Below, in pieces: positions 31,898 through 45,609 of a DNA stretch of 64,000 nt. The stretch is from assembly GCA_964016885.1 (NCBI GenBank), contig OZ024743.1, positions 165,850,001 to 165,914,000 of the forward strand. The letters run 5' to 3'. The position numbers and the translations under genes are program-made. Under the pieces are notes generated by a model that saw nothing but the letters and a program-made list of their open reading frames with translations, ran no database searches and had not been told where the DNA came from. This DNA comes from Eledone cirrhosa (taxonomy: Eukaryota). The stretch's first letter is position 1. Each line of letters opens with the position of its first letter.

Positions 31898-32845
31898 GGA
31901 AAAAATGAAACGAAATTTCATTTCCCACTCTTTGTACGGCTGTTACTTAAATATAAGTATGTACACGTACATACATATATGTATACAGACGTACAGTAGT
32001 ATGTATATATATACATACATGCACACATATATACATGCACGTATGGATTCACCGAACATTTATTATAATGCTCGGTGTGTTTGTAAATAAACATCCCGAA
32101 TTAAGCCGTAGTGACTAGCAACCATCGTTGCTCGTTTGTTCAACACTGACAAAGGAACGCTGTACTAGTTTCAAGCTTATTAGCTATCGTCATCAACGTA
32201 TACCTTTCTGCCAGATTGTTGAACGTATATACTTACCTTATGCATATTAACGGCTGAGTAGCCCAATTTGCATATCGAGTGGGTTAATCGGCCGGGTGCA
32301 CCGAAATCGATAAACGGAAAAAATGTAACGAAATATATATATATGTGTGCATGTATGCATATATATATACATACTACTGTACGTCTGTATACATGTATGA
32401 ATGTACGTGTACATACTTATATTTAAGTAACAGACGTACTAAGAGTGGGAAATGAAATTTCGTTTCATTTTTTCCGTTTATCGATATCGGTGCACCCGTC
32501 CGATTAACCCACTCGATATGCAAATTGGGCTACTCAGCCGTTAATATGCGTAAGGTAAGTATATACGTTCAACAATCTGGCAGAAAGGTATACGTTGCTG
32601 ACGATAGCTAATAAGCTTGAAACTAGTACAGCGTTCCTTTGTCAGTGTTGAACAAACGAGCAACGATGGTTGCTAGTCACTACGGCTTAATTCGGGATGT
32701 TTGTTTACAAACACACCGAGCATTATAATAAATGTTCGGTGAATCCATACGTGCATATATATATATGTGTGCATGTATGTATATATATATACATACCACT
32801 GTACGTCTGTATACATATATGTATGTACGTGTACATACTTATATA
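31892..32845. mobile_element. Inverted pair of retrozyme-like units (minus copy 31892-32334 with mutated HHR core; plus copy 32335-32845 with intact HHR at 32592-32634)
   Basis: acgttgCTGACGAtagctaataagcttGAAActagTAcagcgt is readable on the plus strand. Confidence 0.9.
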
Positions 32846-33023
32846 TATATATAAATATATATAGAGAGAGAGAGAGATATGTATATGTGTGTGTGTGTGT
32901 GTGGAGAAAGAGAGAGGGAAGGGGAGGGGGAGCAATATGTAAAATTCCGCATCTCCCCATGCATTGAGTACTCCCATGATTAGTGGACTCCTCGGTCTCA
33001 ACACCAAAGACTCTCTCTCTCTC

Positions 33024-33151
<128 letters not shown>

Positions 33152-33308
33152 TGTGTGTGTGTGTGTGTATGTGCGTGTGTATGTGTGTGTGTAATAGGAC
33201 AAATTGTCATCATCTTTGCTCGATTCGTGGAATTCTTGGAGCGTAGGGTAAAATGTCTTGCTGTATTAGTTACATTATTTATGTGTACCATTATATTGTC
33301 TGTCAATT

Positions 33309-33410
33309 AGTTCAAATCCCGCCGAGGTTAAATTTGCCTTCATCCTTACGGGGTCGATAAAATAAAGTACCAGTAATACGCTGGCCTTGTGCTAAAAGTA
33401 GAAACAATTA
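33309..33410 (+). mobile_element. 5'-truncated SINE
   Basis: B box, core and tail; attatattgtctgtcaatt duplicated on both flanks. Confidence 0.85.
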
Positions 33411-33569
33411 TATTGTCTGTCAATTTTGTTTCAAAAATGTACATGATAACGCCATGTACATAAGGCGTGTTGGTCATGACTTTGGCTGCATGTACATACT
33501 TGTTTCAACATGATCGATGGAGTCAGTCGTGGGTTATTGCTGTTTATGTACAGACATGTTTATAACCTC

Positions 33570-33910
33570 TGTTATGTTGGAGGAAAATATCGAACAACTG
33601 TTCGCGTTCAAATTTTGTGCGAAACTCAACAAATCTACCACCGAAACATTTAATTATTTAGCACAAACCTATGGAAATGCCACTCTATCGAGATGTAAGG
33701 TTTTCAGTGACACAAAGTTTTCAAAGAGGGTCGAGAAAATGTTGAAGTTAAACCTCGTTCTGGAAAGCCGATTTCATCAACAAATGAACAAAATGAGGAA
33801 GTGGTGCAAGCGGTGATTGCAGAAGAAATGGGTTTGGATAAAAAGGCAGTTAACAGAATTTTAACAGATCTTTTGCACATGCGAAAATTTGTGCAAAACT
33901 AATGCCCAAA
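33570..33910 (+). pseudogene. Mariner transposase N-terminal (HTH) relic
   Basis: EQLFAFKFCAKLNKSTTETF..YGNATLSR..GRENVE..PRSGKP..IAEEMG..RILTD..MRK; frameshifted. Confidence 0.75.
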
Positions 33911-34145
33911 CACATGCTAAACATTATATTGTGTGTAAAGAGATGAAGAATATCCTCATCGGATCAAGTTGAATAGGACGTGAGTAAAATTTTTCTTTTG
34001 CAAAAGTTCATGCAGCCTATAGAAACACCTCTCACATACACATACTCTCTCTCTCTCTCTCTATATATATATATTATATGAAAATTCATATTAACCACTC
34101 TACTACCCCAAGTATCGAGAACTCTGGTTTTTACTGCCTCCATTC

Positions 34146-36366
34146 AGATGGAGAAAAACTGGAGCGAGGTGACGAGCAGGGTGGCCTCTCTCACCCAGAA
34201 ATGGGCCGAGAGGAAGCTGTCGCTGACAGGTCGAGCGGAGGTGGCGAATGCGTACAATGCATCCGTCATCTGCTACCGCCTGACCATCATGCCTTGCCCC
34301 GGCCCAACTCTGTCCAAAATGGAGCGCCACCTCTTCCGCTTCTTTTGTGGAAGGGACGTGCTCCCATGGACAGACGATCCATTTCCTGTCAGCACCCGTT
34401 GCGTAGACTCTCAGCAAGCCCAGTCCTCTACGGCATAGAGGACTGGGCTTGCTGTAGCTTGTCCTCGGTGATCTGGTGGGAGAGGCGCAAACATGAGGCA
34501 TTCCAGACAGATCCTCCACGACAACCACCACCTCATGCGATACATCGTGGAGTGGGTAGCTAACGAACCTGGCACGTAAGGGGCCTTGATCAATTTAGAT
34601 CAGTGGAAAGCTTTTGATAGGGTCGACCATATTTATCTGGTGGTGGTCGTGAGGGCGGCCGGCTTTGGGCCCGTCTTCAGAGGCTGGATCGCTGCTGTGC
34701 ACAGCGACATCTGCTCTGTGGTGAGAGTGAACGGTCAGCTTTCGGAACCGTTCAACATCATGCGGTCGGTCCGCCTCCAAGGATCTCCCCTCTCGTCCCT
34801 GTAGTATGTATGGACTCTCGAGCCATTACTGAACAAGGTCGAGACGTTGAGGTGGGTCCCGCGCGAACTGGGATGCGGGAGAACCGTGTCCGCATATGCA
34901 GACGACGTCACCATAGTGGTGGGGAGAGCCAAACACATTGAGGCGATCGACACTACACTACCAGAATACGAGGGGGTGGCAGGAGCAGTGATTAACTAGG
35001 AAAAGTCGGTGGGCCTGCGGCTCGGCACCTGGAGAGGCAGGTCCATGCCATCCAACAGCGTCGTCGAACGCTGAACGGACGGACCGGTTAAATTGCTAGG
35101 GGTCTCGTTCGGTGCCGCCCACCAGACGGACAAAAACTGGAACGAGGTGACGAGCAGGGTGGTCTCACTCACCCAGAAATGGGCCGAGAGGAAGCTATCC
35201 CTGAAAGGTCGATAGGAGGTGGCGAACGTGTATATCGCGTCCGTCATCTACTACCGCCTGGCCATTGTACCTTGTCCTAAGCCTCGCCTGACTGCGTTGG
35301 AGCGTTTGATCGTTCGCTCCGATGGTCAGCAGGTCTATTTGCTGTCAACACCCGCTACATGGAGGGATGGGCATGCCGTGGCTGATGATGCGTAAACATG
35401 CGCTCAGGCTACGGCATCTCCACCTCTTCCTACACGGTGATCAGGTGTGGTCGCCGTTTGCTAGACGCGTTTTCCCCCAGCTCGTCTCCTTGACGGAGCT
35501 GCAATCCTGTGTCAAGCGAAGATCGAGAGGGGGCGCTTGGAGATTGGAATGTCTACAGGCGCTCACAGCCCTCAACCAATCGGGCAATGCGATCGGTGGA
35601 AGATCCACCTTGGCGTTCTATAGAGGGTTAGTGGAGGGAAAGAGCGAAGACGTCCTTGGGGAGACTCTGGGAGTCGGCGAAAATCAACTAGCCAATCTCT
35701 TCGGGAGAAATTTCGAGCCGAGGCCCATGGACAACTTCTAGAAATCCCTGGCTTGGCAGTGCTACCGGGGAGCTTTGCCAGTTCGTGATAAACTGTACAG
35801 GCATGGAAGTGCCGTCAGCCGGGCCTGTCCAAGATGCGCGCAGGGCGACGAAACCATCCTGAAAGCACTCGTCCAGTGTCCAAGCATTGCTGACTTATGG
35901 GTTTATGTCGAACACCTGCTGGCGCGTGTAGGACGGATCCGGCTATCAGCTGCGTACATCGTGATGATTGTCGCGCCGTCTTCCTTTAGCCAGGAAGGGC
36001 AGGCAGTTTTTATCTGCCTGGTGGCCATGGCGAAAGAGATCGTGTGATGGACGCGTTTGAAAGGGCTGAAGACGAGCACTTACCTCTTCGGTAGATTGAA
36101 GTTGGAAAACTGGGAGAGGGCACTTGCCTTAGTGGTCAGGGTAACCGTGGCTTTTTCAATGGGCTTTCTCCACGAGATTCCCTCGGAAGTCTCTCCCCAA
36201 TTGAGGAATTTTCCTTTCTTTCTTTTTCGGCTATTTCCTTTGTTTTTTTCTTTATACGCAGAAATGCCCATTTGTATCGTCCTGTACCGTCCTGTACTGT
36301 CCTTAATGTTATACTTTATGTCAACCCTTGTGGTTAATAGGGAAAACATTATTATTATTATTATTG
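34146..36366 (+). mobile_element. Rearranged, degraded Tx1/L1-clade LINE (RT to 3' UTR, (ATT)n tail)
   Basis: DQWKAFDRVDH, QGSPLS, AYADDV, CPRC..ALVQC; stops and frameshifts. Confidence 0.9.
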
Positions 36367-39300
36367 TTCTTTGAGTCTCAGTCATTGATGATATTTAACT
36401 GGAAAGTTTGTTGAAATGAATATCAAGCCGCTACCTGCAGCTGCAGACATTCAGGACGTATCGGAGGGTTCTTGCTGTTCCCAGCAAGCATTCTTTTTGA
36501 AGTGTTCCAAAAAGCGGGGCTGGACTAATCTTCTTTAACCATCCTTGAAAACTCTTTGAGATAGTACCAAGTGCGCCTATGACAATCGGGACAACCTTGA
36601 CTTCATGGCAGTTCCAAATCCTTTTTACCTCCCACTTTAAGTCCTGGTATCGGTTAATTTTCTCCCTTTCCTTTTCTTGCACTCTCGTGTCAAATGGGCA
36701 GGCTACATCTACAATCAGGCACGATCTTTTTTCCTTGTCCAAAACCACCAGGTCAGGCCTATTGTGTTCTAATTTCTTGTCCGTCTGTATCCTAAAATCC
36801 CATACCACCTTCACCTGATCGTTTTCTATCACCGACTCTGGCTTATGCTCATACCACTTCTCAGAATGTGGTAAATTGTTTACTTTGCGTAGATGCCAGT
36901 GGATCACCCTACCCATCACATCATGTCTCCAGCCCTTATAGTGAGTCTGGGCTAGGTGTTTACACTCGGATACAATGTGAGCCACAGTCTCCTCTCTCCA
37001 CAGATCCTACACAGTGGGCTAGCCTCCTGCTTGTAAATATGGTGTTTCACCCACTTCGTTCTGAGGTCCTGCTCTCGCGCAGCCATTAGCATTCCTTCTG
37101 TAGCCTTTTAAGGTGTCCTCTTTTTCAACCAGTTCCATGTCTGTGGATCTCTAAGTTCAGTTTTCTTAAAGAAGGTACTATGAAGGGATTTTACATGAAG
37201 ATGGCTCTTCCTCCTTGTTGTTATTTACTCCTTGGACATACCCTGGTCTATTGTCTTCTCCTTCAGTATAATTTTGAGCATTGGATCCCTACTGTCAGCC
37301 ACATATTTGTGCAGGCTGATTTTTCTCCATCTGAACATATGCTGATAAGACCTCTTCCACCTTCAGATCTCTTTAAGTAGAGACTATCGACATCACTCCT
37401 CTTGTGGAACATGTTGTAGATAGTCATTAGCTTCCTAGTCTTCCTATCCATTTCTTTTTGTTCAGCAACATTCCATTTCAGAATTCCCGCACTGTACCTA
37501 ATAATAGACACAGCTCTGGAATTTACTGCACTTATGGCATTCCTATTATTTAGATGTGATTTTAATACGCTCCTTACTCTCCGAATGTATTCAGATCTTA
37601 TCAATTCCTTCATTTTTTTGTTCTTGATGGCATCTGCCTCCAGAACACCTAAATATTTGTATCCTTCTTCAGTGTCAATTTCCTTTATCATCTCACCTGT
37701 TGGTACCTGGATTCCGTTACTTCTGCTCAATTTATCCCTCTTCACCACTAGGACTCCACACTTATTAACACCAAATTCCATACATATATCATTGCTGGAA
37801 ATACAGACAGTGTCAACAAGTACATCCAACTCCTTCTCACTCTTCCCAAAGAGTTTAAGATCATCCATGAAGAGGAGGTGTTTGATGGTAAGCTCTCCCC
37901 TTCCCAACTTGTATCCTGCTCTCACTTTTCGCAATATGACGGACAGGTGTATCAGGGCAAGGACAAACAACAAAGGGGACAAACTATCTCCCTGGAAGAT
38001 ACCTGTCTTGATCTTCGCGCCTCCCAAGGATTCTCCAGCTGATGTTAACTCTGTTTCCCAGGACTTCATACTTTTACTTAATAACTGTCTGATGTTGTCT
38101 GCCACCTTGAAGATCTCTAGGCTTTTAGTTATCCAAGAATGAGGTACCATGTCGAATGCGTTTTTGTAATCTATCCTTCTCATGGAAAGACCAGTGTGCC
38201 TCCTCTTGCAAATCCTCATTACCATCTTATCAATAAGTAACTGGTCTTTTGTACCACGGGACTTCTTTCGGCATCGTTTCTGTTCGTCCGGTAACAAGTT
38301 GTTTATGTGGAGGTGATGGTAGATTTCCTCAGATACAATGCTTGTTAACAGTTTCCACATTACGGACAGACATGTGATAGGTCTATTGTTAGTAATATCA
38401 TTACCCTTTATTCGGTCTTTCATTACCAGAACTGTGGTACCTTTTGTCAACCACTCTGGTACATCACCCAACATCAATCAGTCATTGAACATGGTTGTCA
38501 GTTTCGGGTGGAGGGATGTTATATTTTTAATCCAATACCCCTGCACACCATCTGGGCCTGGTGATTTCCAGTTGGTTAGTTTTTTAGCCTGCCCCTTAAG
38601 AGTTTCAACTGTGATACTCAAATCAGTTTGTTGGTGTGCTTGTTCACTAATCTCCTTTTGTGCTGTCTCAGTCCACACTGCCTGACCATTATGTTCAACA
38701 TCCTGCTCCCATATTCCTCTCCAGAATGTCTTAGTTTGTTCCGCCTCAGGGATCAAGTCGTTGCCTCTTTCTTTCCCTTCAAGCTGTCCAAACAACATCT
38801 TCTGGTTGTTGTCAAACATGCGGTTCTGTCTATACTGACTGACTCTGCTCTCATACCGCCTAATTTGCACTTTTTACTACAATGCGTTGCTTCAGTTCCT
38901 CTATGATAATATTTAGCTTTTTCCTCCTAGTTTTGTACTTTATTTCCAGTCTATTTTTAGTCTCTATGTTTTGTAGTGTCCCATTCAGTAGGGACTCAAG
39001 CTTTCTAATGTCTTCTCTCATTTCCTTGATTTGACCATTCAGTCGTTTTTCTACCAAGGCCCTGCTCTTTCTTGTCTGTTGTTTCCTCTCGTTTTTATGC
39101 CAAGTAATTTCCTCACCGCATTTGCTGTTGCTTTGAGGATATTACTGCATTGGTGAAGGTTCCTCGCCTCAAGGTATGGGATGACTTTGTTTACCTTAGC
39201 TGTTGTTTCTTTTAACTTTTTCCTGTCTACAAATCTTAGGTTCATAGGTTTCCCACTATCATTGTTCATTTCATCTACCACTAAGTTCAGGATATCAACC

Positions 39301-39960
39301 AAATCTTGTCCTAGCCCGCCAGCATTCATTTCCCCAATGGCCGTATCTTTGTTCCAGATGTTATGTATTTCAGCATTCAGATCATTGTCTGCTTCGGATG
39401 CTTCCTCAGGTCTCTCAACCTCTTCACCTTCATTTCCCACTGGCTCGCTTGCCTGACATACTCCACTCTCCATTTTCAACTTAATCTCTCTGTTCAGTTC
39501 CTCCAGTTCCAACTCGCTTATCCATCCATTAGTTCTTATTACCCGAGCCTGTCCGGCCAATTTTTGTTCATCTAATTTAAATAGACCAATCTCGTTCCAG
39601 ATGTTATGCATCCGTTCCCTATAGCCTTTTTCCATTGGGTTACTCTTCAGGTACTATTCCATGACAGTTCTATTCAATTCTTTCGTCCAGTTGGTTCTTG
39701 TTCCTTTCCTTCTTCTTCCTCCAACACCAGCAGTATTTGGATGACAGCCAGGTCCCTGCTGCTGGGCCAGAGAGCACTGGCTGGGTGAGATTCTTTCACA
39801 TGACGTTCCAGTCTCCTCTTCACAGTTATTCGAACTGTTTAGATTCGACATATCGAGGATTGGTGAATGTATGGTTACATAACCATCGGTGATTTCATCA
39901 CCCCCAGTGATTTCATCACCCCCGGTGATTTTAGCGTGGCACCATCACGCTGTAGACGAA
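36367..39960 (-). mobile_element. Near-full-length degraded Dong/R4-clade LINE (RT, CCHC, restriction-like endonuclease)
   Basis: WTKELN..GYRERMHNIW..EQKLAGQ; KSPGPDG, RPITCL, QGDSLSPLLF, FMDDLK, YKYLG; HIVSEC..RHD..RPDLVV..DVACP..EKINRY; (TAA)n at the 3' end. Confidence 0.88.
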
Positions 39961-40270
39961 CATAAATAAATAAACAAACAAATAGATAAAATATTTAAAA
40001 AATAAACATAAGTTTCATTGTAATGTTTGAATGTCTGACTTAGTTTTTTTGTTTGTTTTTTTATTTTTGTTTTTCAAGGCCAGTAACATCGGTTACTAGT
40101 GTTGTTGCTGCTGCTGCTGCTATTTTTGATTTTAGCTACGAGGGAAGTAGGGGTTGTTGCGTTCAAAACTTTTGAAATTTGTTTTTCTTTTGTTGTTGCA
40201 TTTGTTTTTGTCTGTGTTTTGTTCTGTAATTTTTCGACTTGTTGCTTATCATTATTATTATTATATTATC

Positions 40271-40380
40271 CCACCGAGGTTAACTTTGCCTTTCATCCTT
40301 ACGGGGTCGATAAAATAAAGTACCAGTAATGTACTGGATAATTGCTGGCCTTGTGCCAAAAGTAGAAACAATTATTATTA
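40271..40380 (+). mobile_element. 5'-truncated SINE in (ATT)n
   Basis: Core and tail match the other copies. Confidence 0.85.
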
Positions 40381-40539
40381 TATTATAGTTTAGATTTGAC
40401 ATCGTTTAAACTAAACATTTTTAGAGAGTTTAGAGATACAACAACAATAATTATTATTATTTTTTTGGTGTTTTTGTTAGCTGTTTGACCGGGTCACTAA
40501 ATCAGTCTTTTTATATCTTTTGGTGACTTCCTCGCTTCT

Positions 40540-43420
40540 AGTCATAAAGGGCAATTAAAGTAGAGTCGATTAGTTTTAGAAAAGGATTAGTGATAGAGGA
40601 AAATAGAGTAGAGGGACAGCTAGTCAAAAAGCTAGAAGAGGCGCCTAAAGGACAGGCATCGCAACCGACGTGCTTGCTGCGAGATTGGCACTCGACCAAT
40701 TCTTCAACGGAAAACATGAAGGCTGCGTTGTCAGAGCTAGAGCTTGTGCTCTGAAACACGAGGGGACAAAAGCCGTCCAATAGGCCCGGGTGGCAGAGGC
40801 GCGACGTGGTAACAAAGCCACAATTCGGTCTTTATCTGACCAAAACGGGCGCGTGTTGCTCCAACTCGAGTAGATGTGTGAATCTTTTCAGCAGTACTTT
40901 GCTGAACTGTTCGGGGGCAGCGGCGGGCCGGGTAGGGGTATGGACTTCAGTCCATACCTCGACGGACTGCCTCGGCTCTCGACGACCGCAGCACAGTGTT
41001 GCGAAAAGCCAATAACAGCCGGTGAAATACGGGAAGCGATGGTTAACTGCACATGGGGTAAATCGCCAGGTTTGGATGGTCTGCCCTACGAGCTTTATGC
41101 ATTTATGCCAGACTTGTTCGGTGACCTCTTGGCAGACATCTACTGCAACTGGCAGCAGATCGGGAGCATTCCCAGTTTTGTGAGCCGGGGAGCGGTGGCG
41201 CTGCTGAGAAAAGACCCGAACAAGGGGGATGTTATCGATAAGTTCAGGCCCATAACCCTGCTAAACGCAGAGTTCAAGATTTTGGCCAAGGTGTTAGCAA
41301 CGAGGTTGGCGTTTGTCGTCAAGGGTCTGGTGGGAGAGGCGCAGACATGCGCCTTTCCGGACAGATCCATACACGACAACCTCCATCTCATGCGATACAT
41401 CATAGAGAGGGTGGTTAAGGAACCTGACACGGGTGAGACCCTGATCAACTTGGATCAATCCAAAGCATTCGATAGGGTCGACCATCGGTACCTGGCGGCG
41501 GTCCTCGAGGCAGCCGGTTTCGGGCCCGTTTTCAGGGGTTGGATCGCTGCGATGTACAGCGACATCTGCTCAGTTGTGAGGGTGAACGGTCACCTGTCGC
41601 AGCCGTTCAGCATCATGCGCTCGGGGCGCCAGGGTTGTCCACTCTCGTCCCTCTTGTACGTATTGGCTCTCGAGCCATTACTGCACAATCTGTGGGCGAT
41701 GAGGGGCGTCCCACGCGAACTAGGATGCGGGAAATCCGAGTCGGCTTACGCCGACAACATCACCGTGGTGGTGTCGAGCACCAGACACGTCCAGATGCTC
41801 GGCACCGCTCTCAAGGAATACGAAGCGGTGACAGGAGCAAAGATAAACCAAGAAACGTCGGTGAACTTGCAGCTCAGCACCTGGAGAATAGGTCCATGCC
41901 ATCCGACAGCATTGTGCGCCGTTGGACGGACGGACCGGTTAAATTGCTCGGGGTCTGGTTCGGACGGGACCTCCAGATGGAGAAAAACTGGAGCGAGGTG
42001 ACGAGCAAGGTGGCCTCCGTCACCCAGAAATGGGCTGAGAGGAAGCTATCCCTGAAAGGCAGGGTGGAGGTGGCGAATGCGTACATCGTATTCGTCATCT
42101 GCTACCGCCTCACCGTCGTCCCTTGCCCCGGCCTAACTCTCACCAAAATGGAGCGCCTCCTCTTCCGCATTTTGTGGAAGGGACGCGCTCCCATGGTCAG
42201 ACGATCCATCTGCTGTCAACACCCGTTGCGTGGAGGACTGGGCATGCCATGGCTGATGATGTACAAACATGCGCTGAGGCTGCGACATCACTGGTGCTTC
42301 CTTGACGGTGAACAGGTATGGTCGCCGTTCGCCAGGTACGTTTTCCCACCGCTCGTCTCCTTGACGGAGCTGCAGTCCTGGGTCAGAAAAAGACCGAGGA
42401 ATAGCGCTTGGAAACTGGAATGTCTCCAGGCGCTCACTGCCCTCTGCCAGCTGGGCACCAGTATCGGTGGAACATCCACCTCGGCGTTCTATAGAGGACT
42501 AACGGAGGGGAAGAGCGACGACGTTCTCGGAGAGACCCTGGGCGTCGAAGATGATCAGCTGTTTGCTCTCTTCCGGAGAACTTTCAGCCCAGAGCCTATG
42601 GATAACTACCAAAAACCCCTGGCCTGGCAGTGCTACCGGGGAGCGTTGCCAGTTCAAGATAAGCTCTACAGGCACGGAAGTGCCGTCAGCCGAGCCTGTC
42701 CGAGATGCGCGCAGAGCGACGAAACCGTCGTGCACGCACTCGTTCAGAGCCCGAGCATTGCTGACTTGTGGAGCTATGTCGAACAGTTGCTGTCGCGTGT
42801 AGGACTGATCCCGTTATCGACTGAGTCCATTGTGCAGATGGTCTCGCCGTCTTCCTTCGAGGAGGAAGGGCAGGCGGTTTGCATCTGCCTGGTGGCCATG
42901 GCGAAAGAGATTGTATGGTGGACAAGGTTGAAAGGGTTAAAGACAGTAACTTTCCTCTTCGGCGAATCCCTAATTAACTTAAGTTTCACTTGGAGAAGAA
43001 AATCAGGGTGGAGAGGCAAGTGCTGCCTTCTAGCAAGTTTGTTGAAAGGTGGGTGAATGTAGCGAGAATGGTCCGAGTGAACGGGACCGCTCTGAATATA
43101 CGCCTGTAGTTTGAGAGATGGAAACATTGAAAGAGGGCGCTTTCCCTGGTGGTCAGGGTGGCCGTGGTCTTTTGTGTAGTTTTCGCCACGAGTAACCCTC
43201 GGGTGTTTCCCCCCTATTGGGGAATTTTTCATTGTTTCAATTTTCATTTGTATTGTTTATGTATGTTTCTATGTCTTTTTCTTTTTCCTTTCTTATATAA
43301 ATAATAAAAATCTTTACTCGAACAAAACCCACATCGTACCGTCCTGTACCGTCTGTAATGTCTTTCTTGATGTCAGCCCTTGTGGCCAATAAAGAAATCA
43401 TTATTATTATTATTATTAGT
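40540..43420 (+). mobile_element. 5'-truncated Tx1/L1-clade LINE with frameshifted ORF2 and (ATT)n tail
   Basis: ORFs 40874-42001 and 41539-43056: KSPGLDGLP, RPITLLN, DQSKAFDRV, RQGCPLS, CPRC..H. Confidence 0.92.
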
Positions 43421-44091
43421 AGTATTGGCGACCTACGTAGTAAATCGTATTATGGTGAGCGCCGCAAAGATTTGTTATTTTCAGTTGTTTAAAATTGCTA
43501 TTTATGGAAAATTTTTATTGTTAACTGTATATAAGTGCACATACATTGTTTTCTGAAAAGGACACTCAAAAAGATTGGGGCCTTGAGCCCAAAATTTAAA
43601 CTTTTACAATTATCAAACAAAACATTTTTTCTTTGAAAAAAATCATGGACGACTCAAAGTTACACCTTCCTCACAAACTAACACTTTACACTGACACCAC
43701 CATTGTAAATATTACTACGTTTGCCAACACAAAAAATATAAGCAGTAGCAATATTTTAAATTTGTCTCATGGAGACATTCATTTCCCGCCATTACCAATG
43801 ACTGCAGGTGTTAAAGCCGCCACCCCCACCACCACCACAGCGACAACAGAAACAAAATAAATAAATAAATTATCTCGTGACATCGAAATGGATTCACCCA
43901 AAATGAACTCTTCCACACCGAATACCACCACAACTGAAACTAAAATTAACAATAACAAAAAAACGATAACAACAACAGCAACAATGAGAATAAGAAAACC
44001 ACCCTGTCTTTTGCCAGAGTAGCAAAAAACTGCAAAGCATTCCAGGTAACTCAGGAGGATTTAGAAAATGCCAAACAAATGGTAAAGAAAG

Positions 44092-45575
44092 ATGGGTACA
44101 GGGTCAGCCCCCCCCCCCCCACCTAATAAAATGGAGCATCGGCGCCTATGCACCGTGTCGTATCGAACAATAAATGTAAAATCGCGCCGAGTGGAACGGG
44201 CATCCGAATCCCAAATCCAAAAAGCTTTGGGACATGTGTGGGCAAGAAAAACCCACATCAGACGTGGGCAGAAGTATGGAACCGTGGACGTGTTCTTTGA
44301 AACACCAGAGGAGGCTAGAGAACACTCCATGGCCCCATTAAGAAGTGACGACTTCACACTCGTCCCAAGCTATTGTGGCCAGAGACTCGTAAAGTTCAGG
44401 GTGACCCACGTTCCACCGGCCATCGAAATTCCCTGGCTAATAGCGGCCGTCCTCGCCGGCATCGAAGCCAACACAAAAATAATAGCAATAGCAAAAGAAA
44501 AGCAGGAGAACTGGTCCGGATCTGGGATGGAGCTCCTGATCCAAGCGGACCAAAAAAGCATTGAGGAGATCCCAGAGGTAATAGACCTCACTGACGGCAG
44601 CCACCTCACCGTAATTGCCGAGGGCAGAAGGCCTAGGTGTGTCGTTTGTGGTGAAGGAACCCACCTAAGGGCTTTCTGCCCTCAGGCTAAAAGGTTGAGG
44701 CCACCTCTCCTACCCACCCCAGTGACACAACCATCAACACCACCAGTAGCAGAGATGGCAGCAACAAATGTAGCAGCAACAACAGAAGCAACCATAACAG
44801 CAACAACCCCAGCAACAGTAGCAAAACCAACACCACCACCACCAGCAAAACCAACACCACCACCACCCAACGCTTCAGAACTAGCACCAGCGCCTACACC
44901 ATCCACCACGCCACAACCAAAACTAACGCCGGTGGAGGATTTTCCACTCCCCGGCCTATCACAACTGGAGACAGATTGTGACGACGAGGAGTGGGAAACG
45001 GTATCAGGAAAAAAAAAAGAAACCAAAAAAGAAAAAATTCTCTTCCTTCCCCCTCCAAAAACAAAATACAGAGGGAAACAAATAAATTAACAAATAAAAA
45101 AGTTAGGACAGATATGCCACCATCTACACCAGCATCACCAACCCCATCAACCCAAACACCAACACCATCACCATCATTAACCCCAACACCACCATCACCT
45201 ACACCACAAAAGTCACCAAAATGCGAAACAGAAACATACCCACAACAAACGCAAACAAAACAAAACAACCAAAACGATACACACTACACAGCATTAAATT
45301 TGAACAACAAGCAATTATTACACTACATCCAACACAACACCAGCATCACAGAAAAAGACTACACAACAACCCAAAAATTCACACCACCTCCACACATACA
45401 GATCACTCGCATCACACAGAAAACGTACATGACACTAAAACAAAAATTCCCCAAAGACATCGGAGACTTCCGACAAGCACTCTCCAGGAGGATTTATAAG
45501 GACATCCTTCCTGAGGAGGCCATAAGCAGTGAAAATGATGGAGAAACCATCCTTCCTCTACGAGAAGTAAGGTAA
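44092..45575 (+). pseudogene. LINE ORF1 (gag-like, zinc knuckle), frameshifted
   Basis: RCVVCGEGTHLRAFCP; Pro/Thr-rich linker; frameshift at an A-run near 45010. Confidence 0.8.
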
Positions 45576-45609
45576 GTGGTCTTTCCCATCTTTTCCACTC
45601 CATTTCAAC

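Noticed and set aside
39860-39960. HDV-like ribozyme at the 5' end of the Dong/R4 element
   Set aside because: Only a simple hairpin and a short tandem repeat are visible; I could not build the nested pseudoknot.
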